Assembly (NCBI RefSeq): GCF_006345805.1
Contig: NC_043002.1
Span: forward strand, 14,446,001-14,510,000
DNA length: 64,000 bases
Direction: 5' to 3'
Source of the DNA: Octopus sinensis
Taxonomy: Eukaryota
A model generated the notes under the pieces. It had not been told where the DNA came from. It made no database searches and was given only the letters and a program-made list of their open reading frames with translations. Of this stretch, positions 1 through 10,330 are shown one piece after another. Position numbers and translations under genes: made by a program. Within the stretch, counting starts at the first letter, position 1. Every line of letters starts with the position of its first letter.

Positions 1-395
1 ATATATATATATATATGCATGTATTTATATATATATATATATTGATAAAAATGGTAAGACAGCAAAAGAATATATGTATATATATATATGTATATATATG
101 TATATTTATATGTATATTTATATAGGTATGTATATGTTTATATATGTATGTATATGTATATATATGTTTATGTATGTATATATGTATTTATATATATATA
201 CATTCACGCATATTTATACATATATGTGGGAGTGTTTGTGTGTGCATTTGCATATGTATATGTATATACATGTATGTATGTATATATGTATATATATATC
301 TATGTATGCATATGTATATTTATACGTATATATTCTTGTCCAAAAACCTGTCGTCGTCTTTTGTCTGTAAATTTCAACTATATGTGTGTATGTAT
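1..395. repeat. Degenerate (TA)n/(TATG)n microsatellite
   Basis: Alternating TA/TG run; the I/Y/M/V-rich ORFs here are translation artefacts. Confidence 0.95.
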
Positions 396-396
396 A

Positions 397-555
397 GGCG
401 CAAGAGTGACTGTGTGGTAAGAAGCTTGCTTACCAATCACTTCGTTCCGGGTTCAGTCCCACTGCGCGGCACATTTGGCTGGTGTCTTTTACTATAGCCC
501 CAGGCCGACCAAGGACTTCTAAGTGGATTTGGTACATAGAAACTAAAAGAAGCCC
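397..555 (+). mobile_element. SINE family A, 5' half (tRNA-derived head)
   Basis: GGCGCAAGAGTGACTGTGTGG A-box-like and GGTTCAGTCC B-box-like motifs; matches full copies at 38784 and 40198; ends in (TA)n. Confidence 0.85.
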
Positions 556-592
<37 letters not shown>

Positions 593-955
593 TTATAAAA
601 TAGAGAAATTGTACAAGATTTATAAATGGACGATAAGCAAAGCACCGGCACAGATTAGATTACCTCTTGTTATCCGTAGACTGATTGCACGAACTTCGTT
701 GTGGCGGTTGGGGTAACAGTATTAATTAGATAGGTGGAAGGAGAAATGATTTTATTGGGAACGACAAATGTTTTAATCCGTGCTGGGTTTCTTCGGCTAC
801 TTCAATAAACATTTTTACGACATATTTTGTGATTCGGTTTTATGTACCGCTACATATATATACATCAACTTCGTACCCAATAAAACCTTCCATCTATCTT
901 ATGAATACTATGCATTTATATATAAATAGATATGTATATCTGTAAATGTGTGTCC

Positions 956-1384
956 GTGTTTGCCACTCTACCATCGCTTGACAACCCATGATAGTGTGTT
1001 TTCGTCACTGTAACGTAGTGGTTCAGGAAAAGAGACTGATAGAATAAGTACTAGGCAGCGAGCTTGCAGAATCGTTAGCACGCCGGGCGAAATGCTTAGC
1101 GTTATTTCGTCTGCCGCTACATTCTGGGTTCAAATCCCGCCGAGGTCGACTTTGCCTTTCATGCTTTCGGGGTCGATTAAATAAGAACCAGTTACGCACT
1201 GAGGTCGATATAATCGACTTAATCCATTTGCCTGTCCTTGTTTGTCCCCTTTATGTCTAGCCCCTTGTGCGCAGTATAGAAATAAGAATAAGTACTAGGC
1301 TTACAAAGAATAGTCTTGGTGTCGATTTGTTCAGCATGTCAGCAGAAAAAGAACCGAAACCAGTGAAAGAATGAATGAATAAAA

Positions 1385-1385
<1 letters not shown>
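956..1385 (+). mobile_element. SINE family A 3' half interrupted by SINE B
   Basis: CATCGCTTGACAACC...GATAGAATAAGTACTA body resumes at 1285. Confidence 0.75.
1054..1284 (+). mobile_element. SINE family B (tRNA-derived), full length with 13-bp TSD
   Basis: GGCAGCGAGCTTGCAGAATCG head, GGGTTCAAATCC B-box; AGAATAAGTACTA duplicated at 1041-1053 and 1285-1297. Confidence 0.85.
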
Positions 1386-1387
<2 letters not shown>

Positions 1388-1482
<95 letters not shown>

Positions 1483-1537
1483 TGAGAGAGAGAGAGAGAG
1501 ATGAGAGAGAGAGAGAGGAGAGAGAGAGAAAGAGAGA
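1388..1537. repeat. Compound microsatellite (TA)n-(GATA)n-(GA)n
   Basis: Read directly. Confidence 0.95.
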
Positions 1538-1999
1538 TGTCCACTTATGCATAGATGTGACGAGTAATATTCTAGCACAATTTAGTTTTAACTTTGAAAA
1601 GTTTGCAAAGTAAATATATTCTTAATCGTATGTGGACTGTAAAATTATTTAATATATAAAATTTTTCAGTCCATGAAATTCAAATATTTTGCAACGTTAT
1701 GAAGATCCGATTTGATAAATATACTATCTTGATGAAATATATTTCTTATTGTGTTCTTTGTTACTGTAAATACTTAATAAAAGAAACGAGATTTCGCAAC
1801 CTATTAGAATAGTGCTATAAATATAAAATATTGCATCGATACGCAATAACAGCTTATGTACTTTTTCAATATTTGCATAGATATGCAAGAACCATATCAT
1901 GTGTGAACAAAATATACACAGAAACACACTAACACAATGAAAAACACACACCGCATGTATTTATAGGATACATATACTATACATACAAAATGTATACTA

Positions 2000-2404
2000 T
2001 TTTACTTGTTTCAGTCATTTGACTGCGGCCATGTTGGAGCACCACCTTTAGTCGGGCAAATCGACCCCGGGACTTATTCTTTGAAAGCCCAGTACTTATT
2101 ATATCGGTCTCTTTTCTTGAAACGCTTATTGACGGGGACGTAAACGCACCAGCATCGGTTGTCACGCAATGCTCGGGGGACAAACACAGGCACACAAACA
2201 TACACACACATACACATATATAAATATACATATATACGCGGGACTTCTTTCAGTTTCCGTCTACCAAATCCACTCACAAGGCTTTGGTCGGCCCGAGGCT
2301 ATAGTAGAAGGCACTTGCCCAAGATGCCACTTAGTGGGACTGAACCCGGAACCATGTGGTTGGTAAGCAAGCTACTTACCACACAGCCACTCCACTCCTG
2401 CGCC
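2000..2404 (-). mobile_element. SINE family A, full length
   Basis: Reverse complement of the family A consensus seen at 40198-40610. Confidence 0.9.
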
Positions 2405-2754
2405 TTATGTGTATATGTATATTACACACACACGTATATATATATGTGTGTGTATATATATATGAAAGAAGGTTCGAAGATGCAATTTTAAAAGATGTTT
2501 TTTCACTTGACCGGTTTCACATTTTTATAAAAATATTGTCAAAAGTAACATGTAAAAGCTTTGTTGTGTTAGGTACAGGTTGTCACAAAATATTACTATA
2601 CATATATACATTCTTTGATAATAATAACTTGTTAAAAACAGTTTACAAGGAAAAATCTTGGGAAAATATAAAAGAGTTCATTAAAATATAAATATATATA
2701 TAGTTCATTAAAATATATATATAGCTATTGATTATATTCTATAGTTCTATATTT

Positions 2755-2880
2755 AATAGATAAGGAATTATGTACATTATTTACATTATTTACATATTAC
2801 GGATATTTGTTTTCATCTTGTTTGTTGTTAACAACGTCTCGGTTGATATACCCTCTAGCCTTCATCAGGTGTCTTGGTCT
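2755..2880 (-). mobile_element. Penelope-like terminal (pLTR) segment with degenerate hammerhead
   Basis: Inverted copy of 3565-3680; CTGATGA at 2862-2868 (minus), GAAA mutated to GAGA. Confidence 0.65.
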
Positions 2881-2989
2881 CCCTAAGATTCATCAGATGT
2901 CAGGGTCTCTCTAAGTCTCACAAGTATCGTATTCCACTATAGTGAGCTGTAGAGATTCATCATGTCATCCACTCAGCCACTTCCTTGTG

Positions 2990-3290
2990 GATATAATCAG
3001 TCCATTAGTAGGAAAGTCAACATCGTACGTGAAGAATTCCACCCACTTCACAGAATTGATCAAGCATACCCCCATTAAATCCAACCAGATAGTGAGTGAT
3101 AAGATGTGATAAGTCTGTTCACCAAAGTCCCAAATGGTGAGGACTATCGGTGATTCAAGAAAAAACGAGTGACAGACACTCATCTAAAAGATCGCACTAG
3201 TATACCAATAAGAAACTTGATGGACATCTTGACCTTCTGTGTAGAGACTATTCATTTCAGTATGAACTCTGTTATATACGAAAACTAAAA
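2990..3290 (+). pseudogene. Penelope-like (PLE) reverse transcriptase remnant
   Basis: Hand translation PLVGKSTSYVKNSTHFTELIK...DVISLFTKVP...DTHLKDRTSIPIRNLMDILTFCVETIHFSMNSVIYE matches PLE RT motifs (SFDVxSLFTxVP); stops and a frameshift present. Confidence 0.75.
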
Positions 3291-3430
3291 GAAGCAGCAC
3301 ATATGCTAGGACACGACAACCTCCTAAGCAGATCGAGTGCAGATATGAACAGCATATGGGAACTAGTATTAAGGTAGGATAGAAAAATATTAGATTTTAA
3401 GCCCTAAACCTCGCTCCATAATTGCCCACC

Positions 3431-3680
3431 GGCATATGGCGTAGTGGTTAAGAGCGCGTGATACTAATCCCAAGATTCCGAGTTCGATTCAAGGCGGTGA
3501 CCTGATTAATAATAATAACAAAAAGAAGAAGAGCAACAACAGCAACAACATCCAGTTTCGAAATTTCCCCAAGACACCTGATGAAGGCTGGGGGGTATAT
3601 CAAGCGATACGTTGTGTTAACAACAAACAAGATGAGGACAAATATCCGTCAAATATAAATAATGTAAATAATGAAATAGA
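3431..3680 (+). mobile_element. tRNA-headed SINE-like element ending in a PLE-type hammerhead tail
   Basis: A-box TGGCGTAGTGG 3437-3447, B-box GAGTTCGATTC 3480-3490, CTGATGA 3578-3584, (GTAAATAAT) tail. Confidence 0.65.
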
Positions 3681-4535
3681 TTATAATAATAATAATAATA
3701 ATAATTATCATTATATTAAAACTCACGACTTATTTTGCTGGTTATAATGGAAAGTGTCAGCTGTCCACGTGCATTCGAGGCACGTAGGAAAAGTCTTGAT
3801 GGTCATTATTGGAACGCTTTTCACCTGGCTCTAATCAACAATTTCACGAACAACATGATAAGCCCCTGTATCACCGTTCAGCGTAGAAATACTAAAAGTT
3901 GCGGTGTGAGTGAAGCACAATTACATAGTATATAGACAGTAAAGAAAGTCGGAGAAAATGTTAGGACGAGAGATAAGGAAATGAATACAGAATATTGATG
4001 TAAGAATATATCAGCATATTCATTTTTCGTATTTTATATTTAATCATGAATATCTGTCTGGCAATATTTATGAATACCACAATCTCTCAAACGCACAGAC
4101 TTGTTTTGCTATTAGTTGCTTCTCTGTGATGTCTGGTCTTCAGAGAACGATGTGTTATTCATCGTTGTCATCATCAATGCCGTTGTTGTAGTCTGTGTTT
4201 TGTACACCGGCAAACAGTCGTAAGCGAGCAAAACTATGAACAAATCATTGAGGTCGAAACCATCATGTTTCATACTTGAAATGCAGAATTGACAGTGGAT
4301 CGGGCAAATACCTCGCAGTATTTGCCCCGTCTTTTCAAGTTCTGATTGCAACCCCCATGGAAATCTATATAATCTTTGGTCTCTCCTTACCCCAGTTTCG
4401 ATTAAATAAACTACTAGTGAAGTACTGAATTCTATATAACTCACTAGTCCTTCAGTTTTATCACAAACAATTCATAACCATTAAATTTTAATAGCATGTT
4501 CAGGATTCTTAGAATCATATCTAAAGTGTCTCTTT

Positions 4536-4695
4536 GTTCCTTCTCGAGCCGCGCATGGCTCATAGGGCCGGTTTCCCGGTTTCTTTAGCGTATAGGTTCC
4601 CCACCTGGACGGGACGCCGGTCCGTCGCAGGTGAGCTGCATGATACAGGAGGAAAGAATGGGAGAAAGTTGTGGCGAAAGAGTCAGCAGAAGTTC
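4536..4695 (-). mobile_element. 5'-truncated SINE (central domain plus GCGACGGACCGGCGTCCCGTCC domain and tail)
   Basis: Shares a central domain with 55785-55828 and a 3' domain with 50326-50420. Confidence 0.65.
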
Positions 4696-4814
4696 TATTA
4701 ATCTTTCTTTCCAATAGGAATCGCTTACATCCTTTCCCTACATTCATCGAATAACAATGGTCTCTTGATTCAAACGCAAAATAAAGGTTCCAAATTTTAG
4801 TTAAACGAATGACG

Positions 4815-4882
4815 ATGCTACGACTTCTGCTACTATAACAACAACTACTACTACAACAACTACTACAACGACTACTACAACA

Positions 4883-4954
<72 letters not shown>

Positions 4955-4966
4955 GCTACTACTACT
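4815..4966. repeat. (TAC)n/(AAC)n microsatellite
   Basis: Read directly. Confidence 0.95.
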
Positions 4967-4977
4967 AGGGAGGAAGG

Positions 4978-5128
4978 GATCAAGTCGTAACTGGTACTAA
5001 TTTTATCGAGTCCGAAATGACGAGAGGCAAAGTCGACCTCGGCGGAATTTGAACGAAGGTCGTGGCGACTGGCGAAATACCGCAAAGCATTTCGTCCATC
5101 TCGCTAACGATTCTACCAGCTCACCGTC
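4978..5128 (-). mobile_element. SINE family B, 3'-truncated
   Basis: GGCAAAGTCGACCTCGGCGGAATTTGAAC core and head. Confidence 0.8.
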
Positions 5129-5129
5129 A

Positions 5130-5145
5130 TAGTAACAATAATAAC

Positions 5146-5204
<59 letters not shown>

Positions 5205-5266
5205 TGATGTTGATGATAATGATTATAATGATGATGATGATGATGATGATGGTGGTGATAATAATA
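5130..5266. repeat. (AAT)n/(GAT)n microsatellite
   Basis: Read directly. Confidence 0.95.
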
Positions 5267-5685
5267 GGTCTCACAAAATGGCATCCAAAAACAAGCACTA
5301 TAGCTATGACTATTGGAATTTTTGAATACAGTCGAATAGCTATCTTAAATATTACGGCCAAATGCCAAGAAAATTCAAGGCATTAAATGTTTTAAAAAAT
5401 TGTTCACATTGCTATTGCCTAAATCCTAAATCATCTTGAAAATACTTGATTCTCTTAAAACTCTGGCAAAACTGAAATACTATGTATTTTATAGAATTTT
5501 ATTTCTCAGATTCTGGTCTCCTTCCGGTACAATTTATTAGAAATAATCATAAATAACAACCATAGAAAGAAAAACCCCTTCAACTTACTGTAACTTGAGA
5601 TCTCTGGATGAAACTTGGAATAGTTCATAAAAAAACATACCAGTAACAAAACGAAAATAGGAACAACCACAACCATTACCACAAA

Positions 5686-5753
<68 letters not shown>

Positions 5754-5835
5754 TACTACTGATGATGATGATGATGAAGATGATGATGATGATGATGATG
5801 ATGCTGATGATGATGACGATGATGATGAGGAGGAT
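5686..5835. repeat. (TAC)n-(GAT)n microsatellite
   Basis: Read directly. Confidence 0.95.
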
Positions 5836-5837
5836 GG

Positions 5838-7140
5838 TGATAATTACAAAAAGACCTATCACATGATCCCGGACTTAGATTATAAAAAAGCCTATGGAAT
5901 GATACTACACTGGACAGATTACATAAATTGCCATGACACGTTCCCGCAATCACGGTTTGAGTGCATTAAGTATAGCAGACAAATTAAGAGAATTAATTAT
6001 CTTTAGCATGAAGAAATGGAAAGTAGATCTGTATCGAGGTGACACTGTCTGAGGAAAGGGTAAAATCAAGTGAGGAATTTACCAAGGGGACTCGTTCGCC
6101 CCTTTAATATTTGTCATATGTTTATTCCCTATCAGTTTAGTATTAAGGAAAACAAAGGCAGGATATGAGTTTAGGAATAGTAAGGGAAATTTAACCATTT
6201 GCTCTACCTGAATGAACTAAAGCTTTTTAGTAAGAATAAACAAGAGATAAATCCCTTAATACAGACTGTAAGATTCTTCAGCGAAGACACAGGCATGGAA
6301 TTTGGCTTAGATAAGTGTGCAATATTAGTTATGAAAAGGAGACAGGTAGTCAACAGCGAAGGCATCCAATTAGGCAAGTGTCTTCTACTATAGCCTCGGG
6401 CCGACCAAAGCCTGGTGAGTGGAATTGGTAGACGGAAACTGAAAGAAGCCCGTCGTATATATGTGTATATATATATATATGCGTGTGTGTGTTTGACCCC
6501 TAGCATTGCTTGACAACCGATGCTGGTGTGTTTTTGTCCCCGTTACTTAGCGGTTCGGCAAAAGAGACCGATAGAATAAGTACTGGGCTTACAAAAGAAT
6601 AAGTCCCGGGGTCGAGTTGCTCGATTAAAGGCGGTGCTCCAGCATGGCCGCAATCAAATGACTGAAACAAGTAAAAGAGTAAAATAGTAAAGAGAGTAAT
6701 TGCTGGATGGCCAGACATTAAAATCATTAACAGGAGAGAGTTTTAAGTGTCTATGAGTTTTAGAATCTGAGAGGGTACTAACGACAGAAATGAAAGCAAA
6801 AATTGAGAAGGAGTATATCAGAAGGGTGAGAAAACTAATGAAGTCAAAGCTAAATGATCCGAATCTAGTGACGGTTGTAAACAATTAGACAGCATAATTA
6901 CTTAGATACTCAGTAGCTTTTGTAGATTGGGACAGAAACTGATGTAGCAAAGCTAGACCGAAGAACTAAGAAGGAATTCAATGTGAATGGAGGACTCCAC
7001 CCAAGGACAGGAGTAGTAAGATTATACCCACTTAGAAAGGAAAGTGGAAGAGGGTTAATATCGACGGAAGACTGCGTGGAGTTAGTTAGAGTAGATATAG
7101 AGTCCTATGTTGTTATTAATGAAGAAAGTTTATTAAAGTT
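5838..7140 (+). pseudogene. R4/Dong-clade non-LTR retrotransposon RT remnant, split by a SINE
   Basis: DYKKAY motif near 5878; GIYQGDSFAPLIF; NHLLYLNELKLFSKN (LxMDD region); GMEFGLDKCA; after the SINE, KEYIRRVRKLMKSKLN and LHPRTGVVRLYPLRKESGRGLISTEDC. Confidence 0.8.
6373..6695 (+). mobile_element. SINE family A, 5'-truncated, inserted in the R4 RT
   Basis: Begins GGCAAGTGTCTTC, ends (GTAAAAGA)-like repeats; the RT reading resumes after it. Confidence 0.9.
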
Positions 7141-7299
7141 TATGAAGTTTATATATATTTTTATTATTTAATTCATATTATATAAATGGATATTTCATTC
7201 TTTTATTAACTGTAAACTTACCTTATTTATAATTAACTTTGCCCATAATATTTATTTACGTTATTTATTGTTCTAATTTTATTTACCCATTCTACTTTA

Positions 7300-7520
7300 T
7301 CTCTAATCAACCTGTAAACACCTCCCGGGTAATATAACTATAAATTTATAGCAACTATAAATTTTCTTTTTTCTTTCCCTGTTTATTTCTGTGTTCCTTT
7401 CTGTCGAAGAGCGTGGGCTCGAAACGTAAAAGACTTTCTCACTTCCCGAGTGTTAAACTAATAATCTGTTTGCTGTTTACACAAACATCTTCGTGTTCTC
7501 TTTTTTTGTAAATTCTCACT
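7300..7520 (+). mobile_element. PLE pLTR-like repeat with hammerhead-like motif
   Basis: CTTT-CTGTCGA-A-GAGC-GTGG-GCTC-GAAA-CGTA-AAAG at 7397-7432; followed by (TA)n. Confidence 0.5.
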
Positions 7521-7530
7521 ATATACGTAT

Positions 7531-7617
<87 letters not shown>

Positions 7618-7625
<8 letters not shown>

Positions 7626-7739
7626 ACCACGTGACTGACCAGGCTATCAGATGTTGCTACACATCGCTGGTCACAATGCGCTTCGCATTGTTTTAGCCTT
7701 CAAATGACACCACCCCGCTGGCTAAGCGAGCAGGCCAAT

Positions 7740-7740
<1 letters not shown>
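7618..7740 (-). mobile_element. Short structured retroelement 3' fragment embedded in (TA)n
   Basis: About 120 nt of GC-rich, hairpin-rich sequence flanked on both sides by (TA)n. Confidence 0.45.
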
Positions 7741-7771
<31 letters not shown>

Positions 7772-8424
7772 CATGTATATAGTTGGTATTTCCTTCTGCT
7801 CTTTGCATTGCTTATAACCACGTTATCAAAATGGTTTTTCTTTTCCCATCTTAATAGTTTTTACATATAGCTTCCACTTCTTACTTTCCTTCATCTTTTC
7901 TACATAACCTTATTTTATATTTTATTGATTGCTGACTTGTTCTATTTTCCTTTCTTTCATTCCTCCCGTCGTTATTTTTCCTCACTTCCTTTGTAGTTTT
8001 TTTTCCCTGACTCAATCTCACTCGCTATGTCTCAATCTTTTTGTGTGCTTCTCCTCTTCAACAAAAATTTGCTCTCCCATATAATTCCTCAATTTAACCC
8101 CTTTCTTTAAATTCATGTCTTCTACCGTTCCATTATGATTTTCATATATAAATTACATTTTCCAGTTCAGTACTATAGTTTTCATTACCTTAAGCTATAT
8201 CGTAATGTTGCAAAACCTTCTACTTTTCGTTATAGGTCTACAATCAGGCAATCATTGGGTCGTTGCATTTCTGACGGCAACAAGAATAAGGGAGTATCTA
8301 AATCAATGAAGCGACTCTCAGCTATGAAGCATTGTATATTATACGTAACTTAATTGAATACACAGCAGAAAATTAAATATATACTTATGTCGATCAATAT
8401 ACACTCTCGTCCATCAAAAAAAAA

Positions 8425-8875
8425 AGGGCATGATTTCGTTTTTCTTAGATGAGAAAAACTTTGACGAGGTCCAGAAAACTAAGAAAAGAAATGACAGATA
8501 CCTATGTGCAGATCCTACCAGTGTCATGAAAGTTGCAAACGGATGTGGCGTTGTCATCATTGAAGGTCTTTTTGCTTTCTTTCTCTTTTTTCTCCTCTTA
8601 TTTCTCCTTTTCTCTCTTTTCTCTTTCCTTCTTTTCTCCTCTTTCCTTCTCTTTTCCTCTTTCTTTCCTTTTCTCCCTTTGATTTATACTTAAGATATAA
8701 AATGTACTGTCTCCCTTTTTCTGTCAAACATTCAATTTTGGAGACTTGGGTGTTGCTAGCAATGAAGATTCTGCACCATCAGACAAGACTCAAATGACAC
8801 AAGAATGGCTGGCTGACAATTTCCATGATCACATCACCCCCAACATTTGGCCTCCTAATTCTCCAGATCTGGCGT
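8425..8875 (+). pseudogene. Tc1/mariner (DD37D maT-like) transposase remnant
   Basis: FFLDEKNFDEVQKTKKRNDRYLCADP (8430-8520) and DSAPS..MTQEWLADNFHDHITPNIWPPNSPDL (8767-8872), separated by a TC-rich tract. Confidence 0.75.
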
Positions 8876-8969
8876 TTGCTGAATTTTCTTGAGAACAATT
8901 TTTTCTTAGTAGGTTGACCATATGGGGTCTACATTTAGCATATTGGATGTCCACGTAGTGGGCATCTCT

Positions 8970-9025
<56 letters not shown>

Positions 9026-9064
9026 TATTTGAGACCCCCTTCGGTCACGACACGGACCATGCAT

Positions 9065-10330
9065 ATATATATATATATAAACCAGCTTAGAGAAGAAGAA
9101 GGAACGAAACGAAACCAAACGAATCGAATCGACTCGACGCGAAGGCGCTCAGTCATACAATAGTGTAATAAATAACATATATGCATACATACAAACATAT
9201 ATGTACGTACCTACATCTACATGTATATATACATGCATATATAAATATATATACGTGTGTACAGGACACCACTGATAGACGTAGAACTCAACGAGAAACG
9301 AAAACGTAAAAACAGCATGGAACGGACCATTTTTTTATCAACGAAAAAACAGAGTACAAGACAACTACACAAGGAAAAAACCCCTTCATCAGCTGTCCCT
9401 AGTTCAACTCCAGCGTGTTTCGAAGGTGAGGACAGAACACGTCTCGTCGAATTAGTCCTTCCTGCGAAAGAATTAGATAAAATTCCTTTGCAGAGGGGTA
9501 AAAACAAGGAAAAATGTGACAAAAACAGGACGTAAAAACAATACAAATAAAAACAAATACAAAATAAAATACAATTACAAAAAATAGAGTACAAGAAGGA
9601 ATAGAAACAGGGCAGGAAAACAAATAAAGAGGGCCTATAAGCCTAGACAAGGAAAAAAAAAATTTTTCACGAGCGTAGGAAGAAATATGTTTACTTGAAC
9701 AAGGCTGCCGGCGAAAGGAAGTTCGTAGACCCGGCTGTGAGAGAGATGAGGAGGAGTGAGAGAAAGAGAGAGAGATAGAGAGGAAGGAAGCAAAAGAGGG
9801 TGAAAGAAAAACAGAAGAAGGAGTTATAGGGTTTCGCGTCATAATTATATATAAAAACCAACTTAGAGAAGAAGAAGAAACGAAACGAAACCAAACGAAT
9901 CGAATCGACGCGAAGGCGCTCAGTCATACAATAGTGAAATAAATAAAATATATGCATACATACAAACATATATGTACGTACCTACATCTACATGTATATA
10001 TACATGCATATATAAATATATATACGTGTGTATATATATATATATGCACGTACGAGTATTCAGAAACGCCTGTCGACTTTTGGATGCTCTCTTCGAAGAA
10101 GGCATGGACGTTAGCCCTTTCTATTATAGGCACGAGATCGGAAATTTTGGGAAAAGAGGGCCCCAAGGCTCAAATGGTACTTTTGTCATCGATCACAAAA
10201 GTATTAAAAGCAAAGTCGGACCACAGAGCGAACGAAATGCTGCCAATAATTTTGTCCCGTGTGTTACCGATTCTACTTGCTACCCGCATTGGGACCCTAT
10301 CCTTTTTAGCATTCAGATTACTTTGTAAAA
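9065..10330. mobile_element. Partially tandem pseudo-LTR-like element (about 775-bp unit) plus ORF-like stretch
   Basis: 9070-9260 repeated at 9845-10040; related units at 20521-21260 and 51530-52140; contains a permuted HHR on the minus strand. Confidence 0.6.
9381..9441 (-). ncRNA. Candidate non-circularly permuted hammerhead ribozyme
   Basis: Minus strand: C-GTGT-T-CTGTCC-TCA-CCTTC-GAAA-CACG...GGACAG-CTGATGA-A-GGGG. Confidence 0.6.

Noticed and set aside
74-497. I/Y/M/V-rich ORFs here and at 12.5-12.9, 31.6-31.9, 33.0-34.0 and 40.9-41.9 kb
   Set aside because: They are translations of TA/TG microsatellites.
4144-4219. Possible small exon encoding a hydrophobic helix (VLFIVVIINAVVVVCVLY) with AG/GT borders
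   Set aside because: The sequence resembles a degenerate GTT/ATC repeat and no neighbouring exons support a gene.
4801-5953. Poly-V/N/I/S/H ORFs (also 56.4-58.9 kb)
   Set aside because: Trinucleotide microsatellites give stop-free frames.
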